From Octopus sinensis (taxonomy: Eukaryota): a stretch of DNA of 64,000 nt. Made by a program: the position numbers and the translations under genes. Shown here piece by piece: positions 1 through 12,465 of this stretch (its first letter is position 1; the number at the start of each line of letters is the position of its first letter). The stretch lies in assembly GCF_006345805.1 (NCBI RefSeq), contig NC_042997.1:146196001-146260000 (forward strand), read 5' to 3'. Under the pieces are notes generated by a model. That model did not search any database and had not been told where the DNA came from. It was given only the letters and a program-made list of their open reading frames with translations.

Positions 1-42
<42 letters not shown>

Positions 43-95
43 TAGACAGACAAACGGACGGACAGACGGACAGACAGATGGACAGGCAGACAGGC

Positions 96-138
<43 letters not shown>

Positions 139-231
139 TAAATAGACAGACAGACAGACAGGCAGACGGACGGACAGACGGACGGACGGACAGACAGACA
201 GGCAGACAGACAGGCAGACAGACAGACAGAC

Positions 232-300
<69 letters not shown>

Positions 301-301
301 T

Positions 302-369
<68 letters not shown>
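1..369. repeat. (GATA)n/(GACA)n compound microsatellite
   Basis: Tetranucleotide arrays read directly from the sequence. Confidence 0.98.
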
Positions 370-693
370 GAATTCTATTAATGCTAATAATATTGATGTT
401 TTCTTACATTAACATGAGGCCAGAAACTTTTGTGGGGTGATGTTATTCGATTATATCGGTCCCTGTACGTAGGATGTCTTATTTTACCGAGCTCGGGAAG
501 ATGAAAGGGAAGTAGACCTCGTTGATATTTGAATACTGAAAATAGATAGAGCAGATAGATGGGTGCATATTTGACAAGATATTTGCGTGCCAGTCATTTT
601 GGGAAACTTTGCTTGCGTTGAAGGGGGAAAATGCTGCTTCAGAAAATTTAGAAACATTACGAAAAATCTGGCATTACGAAAACCGTACTAGTG

Positions 694-695
<2 letters not shown>

Positions 696-772
<77 letters not shown>

Positions 773-786
773 TGTGTGTGTGTGTG
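696..786. repeat. (GA)n(GT)n microsatellite
   Basis: Direct; explains the ERERER/SLSLSL pseudo-ORFs. Confidence 0.97.
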
Positions 787-1317
787 AACTGAAGCAAGTT
801 GAAGTTAATGATTGTCTCCCCTCAATTTTCAGATACTGGCTACACGTAACCGACAAGCAACAAGGGCTGTAGCTGAGAAGGGCCAAAAATTTGACTTTTT
901 TAGAATTGGAACACACTGTAGTTAGTTTTCAATGATCGCGACAAACCTCAAGAGAAGAAGAAAAGACTTGAAAACATTGGCTGGAATAAGTATTTAGGGC
1001 GCATTAATTTCTGGGTAATGGAAGTGATATTGTTAGCTCTTGTTGATTTATCTTAAAGTGAACGGAGGTACGTTTCCAATTAGCATTTGATGTTACATAC
1101 ATAGGAGTTACGGAGTAATTAATATCTTTCAATATAACTTCAGCTTTATATATATAGAGATATATTCGACAGTCCATCGATGACTTAGCTGGCTGAAATT
1201 TCAAAGTAGCGGTCAATAATTTTCTTGTTTAAGAATGATAAATTTTTACCTTACAAAAGTATAGAGAAACCCATCAGATTAATGTAAACCTGTTTATATT
1301 ATAACTAACCATAAGAA

Positions 1318-1528
1318 TGCGGTGAGCTTGCAGAATTGTTAGCACGCTGGACGAAATGCTTAGCGGTATTTCGCCCGTCGCTACGTTCAGAGTCCAAATT
1401 CCTCCGAGGTCGGCTTTACCTTTCACACTTTAGGGTTTGATAAATTAAGTACCAGTTGAGTACTGGGGTCGATGTATTCGACTATCGCTCTCCCCCAAAT
1501 TTCAGGCCTTGTGCCTATAATAAAATGG
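1318..1528 (+). mobile_element. tRNA-derived SINE with 20-bp target-site duplication
   Basis: Head GCGGTGAGCTTGCAGAATTGTTAGCAC, body shared with many copies in the window; ATTATAACTAACCATAAGAA at 1298-1317 and 1529-1548. Confidence 0.9.
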
Positions 1529-1595
1529 ATTATAACTAACCATAAGAACAAGTATTAATGTTATATATGTATATATTCAAACACATGTGTGTGTT

Positions 1596-1669
<74 letters not shown>

Positions 1670-1889
1670 GGAAGTTAAGAAATTAAAAAAAAATCTAATT
1701 GAAACTAATAAGAATATCACAGACTTACTGCAGGAGTATTCGGTCAAAGAATCAAGTCAATGAGGAGTATAAGACTAAGCTCTAAATTAAGAGTATACCT
1801 ATTTATATACAACCTATATATACATACAAATATTCATATGTATGTAGGTATGTAGGTATATATATATATACACATATATGTATTTTAAC

Positions 1890-1899
1890 ATATAATACC

Positions 1900-1970
<71 letters not shown>

Positions 1971-1995
1971 ATATACTTATATATAAACATACATC

Positions 1996-2026
<31 letters not shown>

Positions 2027-2100
2027 ATATGTATATATATATATGTATATTATATATATATATATATATATTATATACATATATATATATATATACGTAT
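1890..2100. repeat. (TA)n-rich microsatellite
   Basis: Direct. Confidence 0.95.
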
Positions 2101-2964
2101 GTGCATTCTGAGATACAGGCATCAGTGCGCGTAAAATCCTTATTGTGTACTCTTATTATACACATTTGTATGTTGTTACTGAAAACAAAAATTCATTTAT
2201 TGTGGGAAAAATGGGAATTATACGGTCAACAGATGCTGCTCAAAATTATTTGTAAAGAATAATACAGATACTCACTATAACATATGTATGCGTATGCATG
2301 TTTGTGTGCTTGTATGAATATGTTTATACATATACATACACACGCACACACACGCACACACACACACACACATATATATATATACACACACAAATATGCG
2401 TACGTAATTATATATACTTATACATATACATATATACATGCCCATGTGGAGCTGGAGGAAAGTTTCTTGAAGTACATCTGGCCTCTAATAAACTAAGCAA
2501 CTATCAGAATCTAACAAATGAATTTATCAAATTTTCTAATGACAATAACAACCGCTGTCGTTATACTCCATATGAATTTTATATGCATACATGAAGATGA
2601 TGCTGGCCTTCTCCTAGATACATTCTTTAACAAAAGCTAAGGGTCTTCCAGCACACCGGATAATAACTAAAAACTTTTGAAGGCCTATGTTGCACGATGG
2701 CCGTTGAACCTACACTAGGTTCAGCCATCTTTGTGACATGTGATGCCTTTAAACTTGCTGGTTTTCTTGTAACTTTCCTCATCAGACAAGGCTAATGGGG
2801 GCTACCGGTTTTGTCACCGTTGACCCGACCATGCAACGGGTTGTAGTGGATTCAGCGTTACTAGTAGCCCATATGAGTGACTTCACAAGTGACCTGACAT
2901 ACACTCATACGCACGTACACCACACACACACACACACATACAAACACACACGTGCACACTTATA

Positions 2965-3143
2965 TTGTGAGAGAAGAAGAAAAGAAGAGAAGAAGAAGAA
3001 GAAGAGAAGAAAGAAGAAGAAGAAGAAGGGGAAGAGAAGAGAAGAAGGAGAAGAAAGAAGAAGAAGAAGAAGGGGAAGAAGAAGAAGAAGAAGAAGAAGA
3101 AGAAGAAGAAGAAGAAGAAGAGAAGAAGAAGAAGAAGAAGAAG
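2965..3143. repeat. (GAA)n purine tract
   Basis: Direct. Confidence 0.95.
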
Positions 3144-3145
3144 GA

Positions 3146-3304
3146 TGTTGTGTGGACGCCTCCAGACGACGAAGTAGGCTAGCCCAATACGTAGATATAG
3201 AGGGAGAAGTCTAGAAGTCAGAGTAGAGTAGCAGAGAGAGAGAGAATAGAGTGAGGTTGAGTAGAAGGCATTCGAACGTGCGACATAACAGTGGTGACGA
3301 GGAT
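3146..3304 (+). mobile_element. Short 5' LTR (3146-3290) plus primer-binding site of a Gypsy-like LTR retrotransposon, internal region lost
   Basis: Termini TGTTGTG...CATAACA form an imperfect inverted repeat; 1 nt later is TGGTGACGAGGAT (3292-3304), complementary with one G.U pair to the 3' end of tRNA-Ser(GCU), ...AUCCUCGUCGCCA. Confidence 0.65.
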
Positions 3305-3639
3305 TTTGTAGCTCACACAGTCAATTTAAAGACAACAGGCTTCGTAGATTTCTCTGATTTTTAAAAGTTGAACTAGAAAGGCGATGTGTATGTGTGTGTG
3401 TGTGTGTGCGCGCGCATGCGTGTGTGTGTATGTGTGAGAGATTCTATGTGTGTATTCGTATGTACGCATGGAGAGAAGGCAGGAGTAGAATCAGTAAGTT
3501 GGTTTTCCTTTTGCTCTAAAAGTGCTTCAGCAAACATTGTTTTTGCTTATTTATCTGTAATTTCATATCCTATCCTCATCTTTTTCACCTTCGTCTTTTA
3601 GAACCTGTCAACCTCTTTTACCATTCCATCTTCTTACAT

Positions 3640-5530
3640 CTTGCCGCGCTTATCTTCACTAAGACCCTGTTTTATCACTACTTCGTCTTCCTTAGCCATT
3701 GTCTATAATACAGACTTTCATCTCCAAAGTTTTCCGTCTTCGTTTCCACCCTGCCTCACATCACCTGCTATTCAGCATTTATTCATTTAATGTCCCCAAC
3801 GTCTCATGCAGCTATCCTCCGTTCTACCCAATCGCAACTCCACATCCTAAACCGCTCTTTCCACTACATTTGCTTCTCATTTTCAGCCGTCTACTTCTCG
3901 CCACCCGCACACACCATAAACTGTTTCATCCACAAGCTTAACCGCTTTCAAGTCCTTTCCCGTATGAAGACACTCAACCTCTACTCTTCCTCTCCTCCTC
4001 TGCTGCCACTCACTCTTCTGTTCCTACCCCTTCTAATTCTACTTCATCCACAGACACCACATCTCCCAGTTTCTCTATTCCTAAACATCTTAGCTTCTTT
4101 GTAGTTGTAATCATCATACATCCTGACATTTTTTTTCTGAATTCGATCCCCTACTTCTCTCTTGAGTTCTCTTGTTCAATACCCTCAAAAGTTTCAGACC
4201 CATAACGAGATTGAATAATTCCTGCGATGAGCCAAACTGTATGTCTTTTAACGCGACTGTTTGCCTGAGTTCTACAACTCAGAAAGTTTTATAGATCTTG
4301 GCCACCAATAAGTTAAATGTCCGTCTTCCAATTCGCAATTCTGGACACTGTTATTGATCTGTGCCCTCTCTTGGTGGATCGTGTTGACTTCTTCTGTAAG
4401 CGATCTCATTGTCTCTGCATCACAAAAACTGAACGCCCCGCACTTCGCCAGCTCCAAAACCGAGACACCATTGTGATTAAACCTAGGCGGCGAGCTAGCT
4501 GAATCGTTAGCACGCCGGACGATATGCGTAGCCGTATTTCGTCTGCCGTTACGTTGTGAGTTCAAATTCCACCGAGGTCGACTTTGACTTTCATCCTTTC
4601 GAGGTCGATAAATTAAGTACCAGTTACGCACTGGAGTCGATACAATCGACTTAATCCGTTTGTCTGTCCTTGTTTGTCCTCTCTGTGTTTAGCCCCTTGT
4701 GTGTAGTAAAGAAATAGAAATAGGTATTTCGTCTATTTTTACATTCTGAGTTCAAATTCCGCCGAGGTTTTTTTGCCTTTCATCCTTTCGGGGCCAATAA
4801 ATTAAATACCAGTTGTGTACTGGGTCTGATCTAATCGACTGGCCTCCTCCCCCAAGATTTCGGGCCTTGTGCCTAGAGCAGAAAATAATATTGTGATTAA
4901 ACCAGCTGACAGGACTAGTGCGGTGGTTGTATAGTGGAATGACCTCTATGGAGAAGCATTAAGTCAAGTGAATAACCCACGTTTTCTGATGATAGTCTTC
5001 TCAACCTCAAGTACTTCTTTGACCGATGTACAATCTTCAAGTACAGCGCACCTATTCTCCTTCATTTATTCTTAGCATGTCCTTTCTATGAATTGTTTCT
5101 CTTTGTATGGAGAGGACACGAAAACTAGAATCGACCCTGGCTGCACTAACTTTATTGTAAATTACATCGAGATCCAAATCTTTGCCAGTTCAAATTCCCC
5201 CTCCCCACCGGAACCATACGGTAGGTACATCAAAGATTGCATCTCCCCAACTTACACCTTCCCCCACTTAACTTACCATCCTCATCAACTTCTTCGACTC
5301 CTTTTATTTAGCCTTTGAGTTCACTTCCACTATCTCCTCCTCCTCCTTCTTTAGCATCTTTCTAACCATTGACTAAAACCATTAACTAAAACTCTGTCTT
5401 GGGACGTTTTCAATTAAGCCAACAGACTCCTACACTTACCTCAATTTCACCTATTGCAATTCCAACTACTCTAAATTTTGCCTCACCGTTCTCCTTTCAC
5501 AATTCTTACGCCTTCGCCGTCTTCACCACC
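3640..5530 (+). mobile_element. Degenerate Penelope-like element (N-terminal region plus RT), internally deleted and interrupted by a SINE
   Basis: Frame fragments KVFRLRFH; TIVIK|PADRTSAVVV (IVIKPADKG motif split by the SINE); VLSMNCFS; PEPYGRYIKDCI (RYIDD motif); KPTDSYTYL...SQFLRLRRL (thumb). Confidence 0.85.
4484..4889 (+). mobile_element. Dimeric tRNA-derived SINE with a single 14-bp TSD
   Basis: Full monomer followed by a headless second monomer; ATTGTGATTAAACC at 4470-4483 and 4890-4903. Confidence 0.92.
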
Positions 5531-5962
5531 TTCACCACCTTCGCCGCCTTTGCAGCCATGATAACGTGCATCGAAGTTATTGAAGGAAAATATTGAATAA
5601 TATCATACTGGAAAAGTGTAAATCATAATTTAACGGTAGTAAATTTAAAGTTTGTTAAGCTTAAAAAAATAGATTATCATGAAAAATTCTCCGCAGCCAG
5701 GACTCTTCCCGAACTCTGTGAGCTAGATTTTCTCCTCTTGTCTTCGTAACCCGAGAATAGATTTTAGTCAAAGGTCAGAAACATCCAAAAAGTAAGCGCT
5801 GTTTTTCCTCCTATCTGAAGTAGCCTCACCATAAAATGTTTTCCTGAAAACCTAGCGCTTATACACAACAATACATACCTTCGAACATGTTTCTAAAAAA
5901 ACTTCCTAACCATTTTTGCTTCCTCTTTCTCTAGCTCTCTTTCTACCTGGAGAAGAAGATGC

Positions 5963-7010
5963 ATGAGCGGCAGGTACATTGATGACATTCTTATCCTTAC
6001 GTCCCCCAGGGATGAGGCCATTAATATACACCGGATCTTCAATAACACCAACATAAACATCAAATTCGAGATTGAACATGCAGATGAATTCGGAACCCTC
6101 TCTCTACTCGACTTTCAACTCAGGATCATAAAGGAAGGCTCCATCCATATTTACCAACTTCTACAGAAAAAGCCGCTGGTAGAAAACTTTTCGTCCACTA
6201 CCTGTCAGCCTTACCCATCAGAGCCAAAGCCACATACGTGAAAAACGACATGTCACGTATAAACAACAATTGCTGCGACGTGACCGACAAAGCCGTCAAA
6301 ACCAAGCAGTTCCTTAGAGACCTAACTCTGAGTGGCTACACACCATCTTTAGCAAAACAACAGCACCTAAAGAACATCAGGGTCAAAAAACCACGGAAGA
6401 ATCATTATACTCCCAATTCTGGCACATGTTTTCTAAAGCTACCACAATTTGACGACAGAATTACTGCAGCGATACATCACGCAGTCGGCAGGGAAGGACT
6501 CGACATACAGATAGTGTACACCGGCCATTCCCTGAGGAAAGCTCTGTCCAAGAACAACACCGCTCACTACTCCAAGGAGTGCATATTATCGAACTGCCCC
6601 AACAATGACTTTGAATTGTGCCAGAGGACCTATGTTGTATACGAGATCATCGGTAGCAAATGTGGCCCATCCTACATAGGAAGCTCAACAAGAAAACTGC
6701 ATATACGCATAAAGGAACCCGTGCAGGCAGACACTTCCGTGAAGAACCATCTACGGAAATGCCAGACCCACGAATTCACAGTGCTCAACAAGACAACACA
6801 GCGGAACAGGGGTAACCTTAGAATCCCTGAGGCCATCCTCATACACCAAAAGAAACCTAAGATCAACAATAGAAGAGAGTTACAGGAAGCTAGCTGGTTG
6901 CTATAGCAACACCTTTCTGTGCATGTCCACTCCACACATGCTCAAATACGAGCAAATCGGTAACATTCGTTAATTTCTAGAAAATGGGGTCATAATCCAG
7001 AAATATTGAA
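5963..7010 (+). mobile_element. 5'-truncated Penelope-like element: RT C-terminus plus GIY-YIG endonuclease, frameshifted
   Basis: RYIDDILIL...IKFEIEH...LSLLDF (RT); VVYEIIGSKCGPSYIGSSTRKLHIRIKE...EAILIHQKKPKINNR (GIY-YIG); degenerate HHR-like CTAGAAAATGGGGTCATAATCCAGAAATATT at 6977-7007. Confidence 0.9.
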
Positions 7011-7132
7011 TACAAGGCGAGTCTACATTAATTCATATATTTGTTTACTTGTGATTTGCCTTGCATTTGCTTCACATTGTTGTAGCCTTATCCACGATAC
7101 TTTATACAATATGTTCTACACAAAGCTTCATA

Positions 7133-7171
<39 letters not shown>

Positions 7172-7252
7172 GGATAATAAAGCGAATGATTGTCGTGATT
7201 ATTAAATTCTCGTATATTCCATCTTCCGCCTTTCATTTGCCATATATATATA

Positions 7253-7351
<99 letters not shown>

Positions 7352-8392
7352 TGTATGTATGTATGTATATATGTATGTATGTATGTATGTGTGTATGTAT
7401 GTATGTATGTGTGTATGTATGTATGTATGTATGTATGTGTGTGTCTGTGAGTGCGTGTGTGTGTGCATATACTTAAACACACTCGCACATACACTCACAC
7501 ACATTCATTCTATCTCATCAAAGACTTTGTGAAATTGTTTAATCACAGAAATCAATCAAACAATCTGAATCGTCCTTAATAACAGTTGCCTATAATTGTT
7601 CATTGTAAACAAACATAATTATTATTTTACAAGTAAAATACGATACCTATTGATACCATGCCAAATACTGAGCTGATTTTCTTCACGATTACCTTATAAG
7701 GACATTTGCCTAAATAATTAATACATATGAATATGAAATTTTATTTATACTTATACGTGATCTTTGAGCATTTTATCATTATACTGAAAAATACTTGTAT
7801 TAGATTGGCGGTATCGGTAGAGCGTTTGACAGTATATAGATTGGCAGTAACGGTAGTGTCATGCATTAGTTGTTCAGATTCTTTATGTTTTCATGTTCAA
7901 ATCCAGCCAACGTCACTTTGACTTTCTTGATTCTGTAGTCAATAAAATAAACTACCAGTGAAGTACTTAGTATCAATATCATCGCATTTTTCCTTTCCAA
8001 TAATTGCTGATCCTGTGTCTATTTTTGAATGAATAATTACTAGCAAATATTATTCAAAAAATAATGATTTGTATGTGTTTTCTTAGCTAATATTTACATA
8101 ATTCTAGCGTTCTCACTTTCATTCTTGCAGATATTGTCTGTAATAGGTTATGAAAACGTTACGGGCATAGTTCAACTGTTGTTGATTCTGGATTCCAGAG
8201 AGTTCTTGTAATTGTGTGCATGCATTGATGTATGTTAAGTCTGTCCTATAGCACAATGCGTAAAACGGAGTATTTTACAGGTTTTGCTAATTATTCAAAG
8301 ACCTAGAATATCATAATACTTTGGATCGAAACTTTAGACTCTCGAGTAACACCTGTTATATTTTCAGCTGAAAAACTAGTACCCATATATAT

Positions 8393-8478
<86 letters not shown>

Positions 8479-8483
8479 TCTAC

Positions 8484-8622
8484 ACATAAAATTTTATAAT
8501 TAGGAGTATAATTATAATTAGAGTTCAGCAAAAATTTGCTTCACCACATACCGAAGTTTAGAAATAGCAGTTAAAACTATTTCACTAATTATAATTATAC
8601 TCCTAATTATAAAATTTTATGT
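8484..8622. repeat. Perfect 38-bp inverted repeat with 63-bp spacer
   Basis: ACATAAAATTTTATAATTAGGAGTATAATTATAATTAG (8484-8521) is the exact reverse complement of 8585-8622. Confidence 0.9.
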
Positions 8623-9039
8623 ATAAGATTACCGATAACGGTTCTTTTAACATACCGAACTACTTGGTAAAATTATTAATAATTAATTAATTAATTAATT
8701 AATTTTACCCTTTATTATTATGGATATATATATATATTATATATATATATATATACGTGCACGTGTGTATATATTTGTGAATGTGTGTGTGTGTGTGAGT
8801 GTCTGTTTGTGTATTTATGTGTGTGTGTGTATATGTGTGCGTAAGAGTCTGAGTTTCTCAACAAAAATACAACCGATATTTCTCGAGTGTCTTAAGTTCC
8901 GTTTCAAAGTATCCTGAAATCCTAGATCTTTGAATAATTAACAAAACATAGAATATACTTTGCCGTACGCATCGTCATATTTATCCTGTTTGAAAAAACA
9001 AACTTAGCATACATACATACATACATACATACATACATA

Positions 9040-10744
9040 AAAGAATAGAATTAATGTCACCCACACATTTTTTGTTGAGGACCTAAAATTATATTCTGGT
9101 AATATGATCAACAACAAGAGACAATTAGAACTAGTCACAACATTCTCACGAGATATAGGAGTGGAATTTGGGCAAGATAAACGCACATACACGATAGTCA
9201 ACCGATGAAAGATTGTCGACCAGAGAGAAAACATGTATATCAATGGCTTATTTATCTCCCTTATCTCTAATGTTGAAAGCTAGATGTACCTCGGAATCGA
9301 TGAGAGTGCTGCATACATTGGTGCTGTGACTAAAGCCAGAATAGCAAAAGAGCATTTCTCTAGACTCCGGAAGATACGGAACTCAGGGCTGTTTGTATTT
9401 AACAAGACCATATCTCACAATACTTTCGTAGCACCAGTGCTAGTGCTAACATTTGAGATACTGGACAGAACACTCGGTGAGATACGAAGCCAGAAACGTA
9501 CTGACCACCGCTAGCAACATCCACATTAACAGCGACACTGATAGGATGTATGTGAGATGAAGTGATGGTGGTAGATGCATAAGGTCAGTTCAAACAGCCT
9601 TCGAATGTCGCATTGTATCACTCAAGTAATACCTACTGTACAGTAAAGAAAGAAATAAGCACATTCCATGCATACTCTAAAGTGAGACATCTTCAGACTT
9701 GAAGAAAAACTACTGTGCGGGTACTTTGAGAATACAATTGTCTCATGCAACCCTAAGGGGGCTGGACTAGCTTACCTACACAGAAGCTTGGGAAGAAGCT
9801 GGCATCATATCAACAAAAAGCAATGCATGGATGCATATTTCGTATGCTATAGGGTAACAACAGCATTGACAGGAAGAGCAGACTTTCCTGGACCTGTAAT
9901 AGATAGATTGCATCTCACCTAGAAGGATATACCTTCGCTACCCAGAAACAGCAAACAGCTGCTAAATACCTGATAAATATGAGGGACAAAGATACCAGTA
10001 AACTTACAAAATGTGATTTAAAAAATGTCGGCTCTGCTATACCAGTGCCTCAAAATGTCTGCAGAGTACTACCTGCCCCTCAGGCATGATATATTTGCAA
10101 AGATTATTTACAATGCCATCTGCAGGAAGGACTGCGCTGACGTATACATCAAAGGCTTGTCAGGACCGGCAGGTATTCACACTTTTAAAAACAAAGAATA
10201 CTGTAGAACATCAATTCGGTACAAACATAACGGACCTGATATAGTTTTATATGACAGGGAACAAAAGTCATGCACTGTTGTAGAGGCCAGTTGCTCAGTA
10301 GATGTGAATGTACAATCAAAAGTCCAGGGAAAAGAGAACATTGATGGCGAATTAATGCGGAACTTACAGCTTTGGTACCCCGACAATGAATTCTCATTTG
10401 TACCTATCGTCATAGGTGCTTTAGATTAAGTACCAACAAATTTATACAAAAACCTAGAAATACTCGGTATGACAAAAAAAAAAGCAAAAGAAACTGACGC
10501 AAATTCTCCAAATCCAACCTATTAATGGCTCTTTGAGGATTTGTAAGACATTCCAAAACTTTTCCATGTGCAATTATGTGAATATATACACACACTTGGG
10601 TGTATGTATTGACAACTCAACCAACTCACCAACTCAACCACATGATTACAAACACCTCGAACTCTCTTAACCCAAAAGGTCTAGTCACTTTGTTAGCGAC
10701 GGCTTGAACTCTCTCAAGAACTTAAATAAAACTCAAAGAAAAAT
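9040..10744 (+). mobile_element. 5'-truncated R4/Dong-clade non-LTR retrotransposon (RT, zinc knuckle, restriction-like endonuclease), degenerate
   Basis: HIFFVEDLKLY...FSRDIGVEFGQDK (RT); YLGIDE; CLKMSAEYYLPLRHD; HNGPDIVLYD...VEASC (PD-(D/E)xK); FVPIVIGAL; flanked by (CATA)n on both sides. Confidence 0.88.
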
Positions 10745-10908
10745 CATACATACATACATGTATAAATACATACATACATACATGCATACATACATATATA
10801 TATACATACATACATATATACATACATACATACATACATACATACATACATGCATGTATGTATGTATGTATGTATGTATGTACGTATATGCGTATGTACG
10901 TATGTACG

Positions 10909-10942
<34 letters not shown>

Positions 10943-11632
10943 TGTATGTATGTATGTATGTATGTTAAAATTTAAAACTATTAAAGACGGCGAACTGGTA
11001 GAATCGTCAGCACGTCGAACAAAATACTTAGCTGCATTTCATGTCTTTGCGTTCTGAATTCACATTTCGCCGATGTCGCTTGTGCCCTGGATTTAATCTC
11101 AATAGTTAAGATTGTTTAGTGTGATCCTTCCCATTGTTTCATTATGTTAAAGATTTCGATTTCGTTCTGTAGTGAAGTGCATCACTTGGACGTATGTCGG
11201 AACAAGAGGAATTGTACTTGAGATTGAAAGAGCTGACAATATTAGAATGATATTGTTTACTACAATATACCTTTTATCGTCTTACCTTTTACTTGTTTCA
11301 GTCATTGGACTGCAGCCATCCTAGGACACACCTCGAAGGGTCTTAGTTGAACAAATCGACTCCAGGGTTTATTTTCCTATAGTCTGGTACATATTCTCTT
11401 ATTCAATCGGTCTATTTTAAAGGAGCGCTAAGTTACAGGACGTAAACAAACGCTGATTCTTAATCGGTAGGGAGTTAAACACACACTCATACATATACAC
11501 ACACATACACAAGCATATATTTATATAAATGTATGTATGTAAGTATATATACATATATGTATATATATATATATTACGGAGATGTACTTGCATAGTAAGT
11601 GACCTGATCTGGGATTGTGTGCTGGGACGAAA

Positions 11633-11889
11633 ACAATTGCAGCGTGGAAGGTATTTATAAGCCATTTAAGAAACACACAAAAACCGTTAGACTCACTTCA
11701 ACATTTAAATTTAATTTGCTAAAATATTTTCGTCGCTTTGAGATGCAGCATGGAATTTTGTCAGTGATCAGGTCGCGGTCTCAAAGCGACGAAAATATTT
11801 TGGCAAATTAAATTTAAATGTTGAAGTGAATCTAACGGTTTTTGTGTGTTTCTTAAATGGCTTATAAACACCTTCCACACTGCAATTGT
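11633..11889. repeat. About 110-bp inverted repeat (head-to-head copies of a short HHR-bearing element)
   Basis: 11633-11743 is nearly the reverse complement of 11780-11889; spacer about 36 nt. Confidence 0.9.
11758..11806 (+). ncRNA. Minimal type I hammerhead ribozyme motif with G3/C8 core swap
   Basis: TTGTCA-GTGATCA-G-GTCGC(GGTCTCAAA)GCGAC-GAAA-ATAT-TT-TGGCAA. Helix I TTGTCA/TGGCAA, 5-bp helix II, palindromic helix III AATATT. Confidence 0.6.
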
Positions 11890-11904
11890 ATGTATATATA
11901 TATA

Positions 11905-12402
<498 letters not shown>

Positions 12403-12433
12403 GTATGTATGTATGTATACATATATATATGTG

Positions 12434-12465
<32 letters not shown>

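Noticed and set aside
2795-3214. 139-aa ORF ending in poly-R/E
   Set aside because: Runs through (CA)n, (GAA)n and an LTR; no domain.
8131-8280. Acceptor TTCTTGCAG|ATATTG with slight likeness to the 26257 exon
   Set aside because: Stops in all three frames before a good donor; similarity too short.
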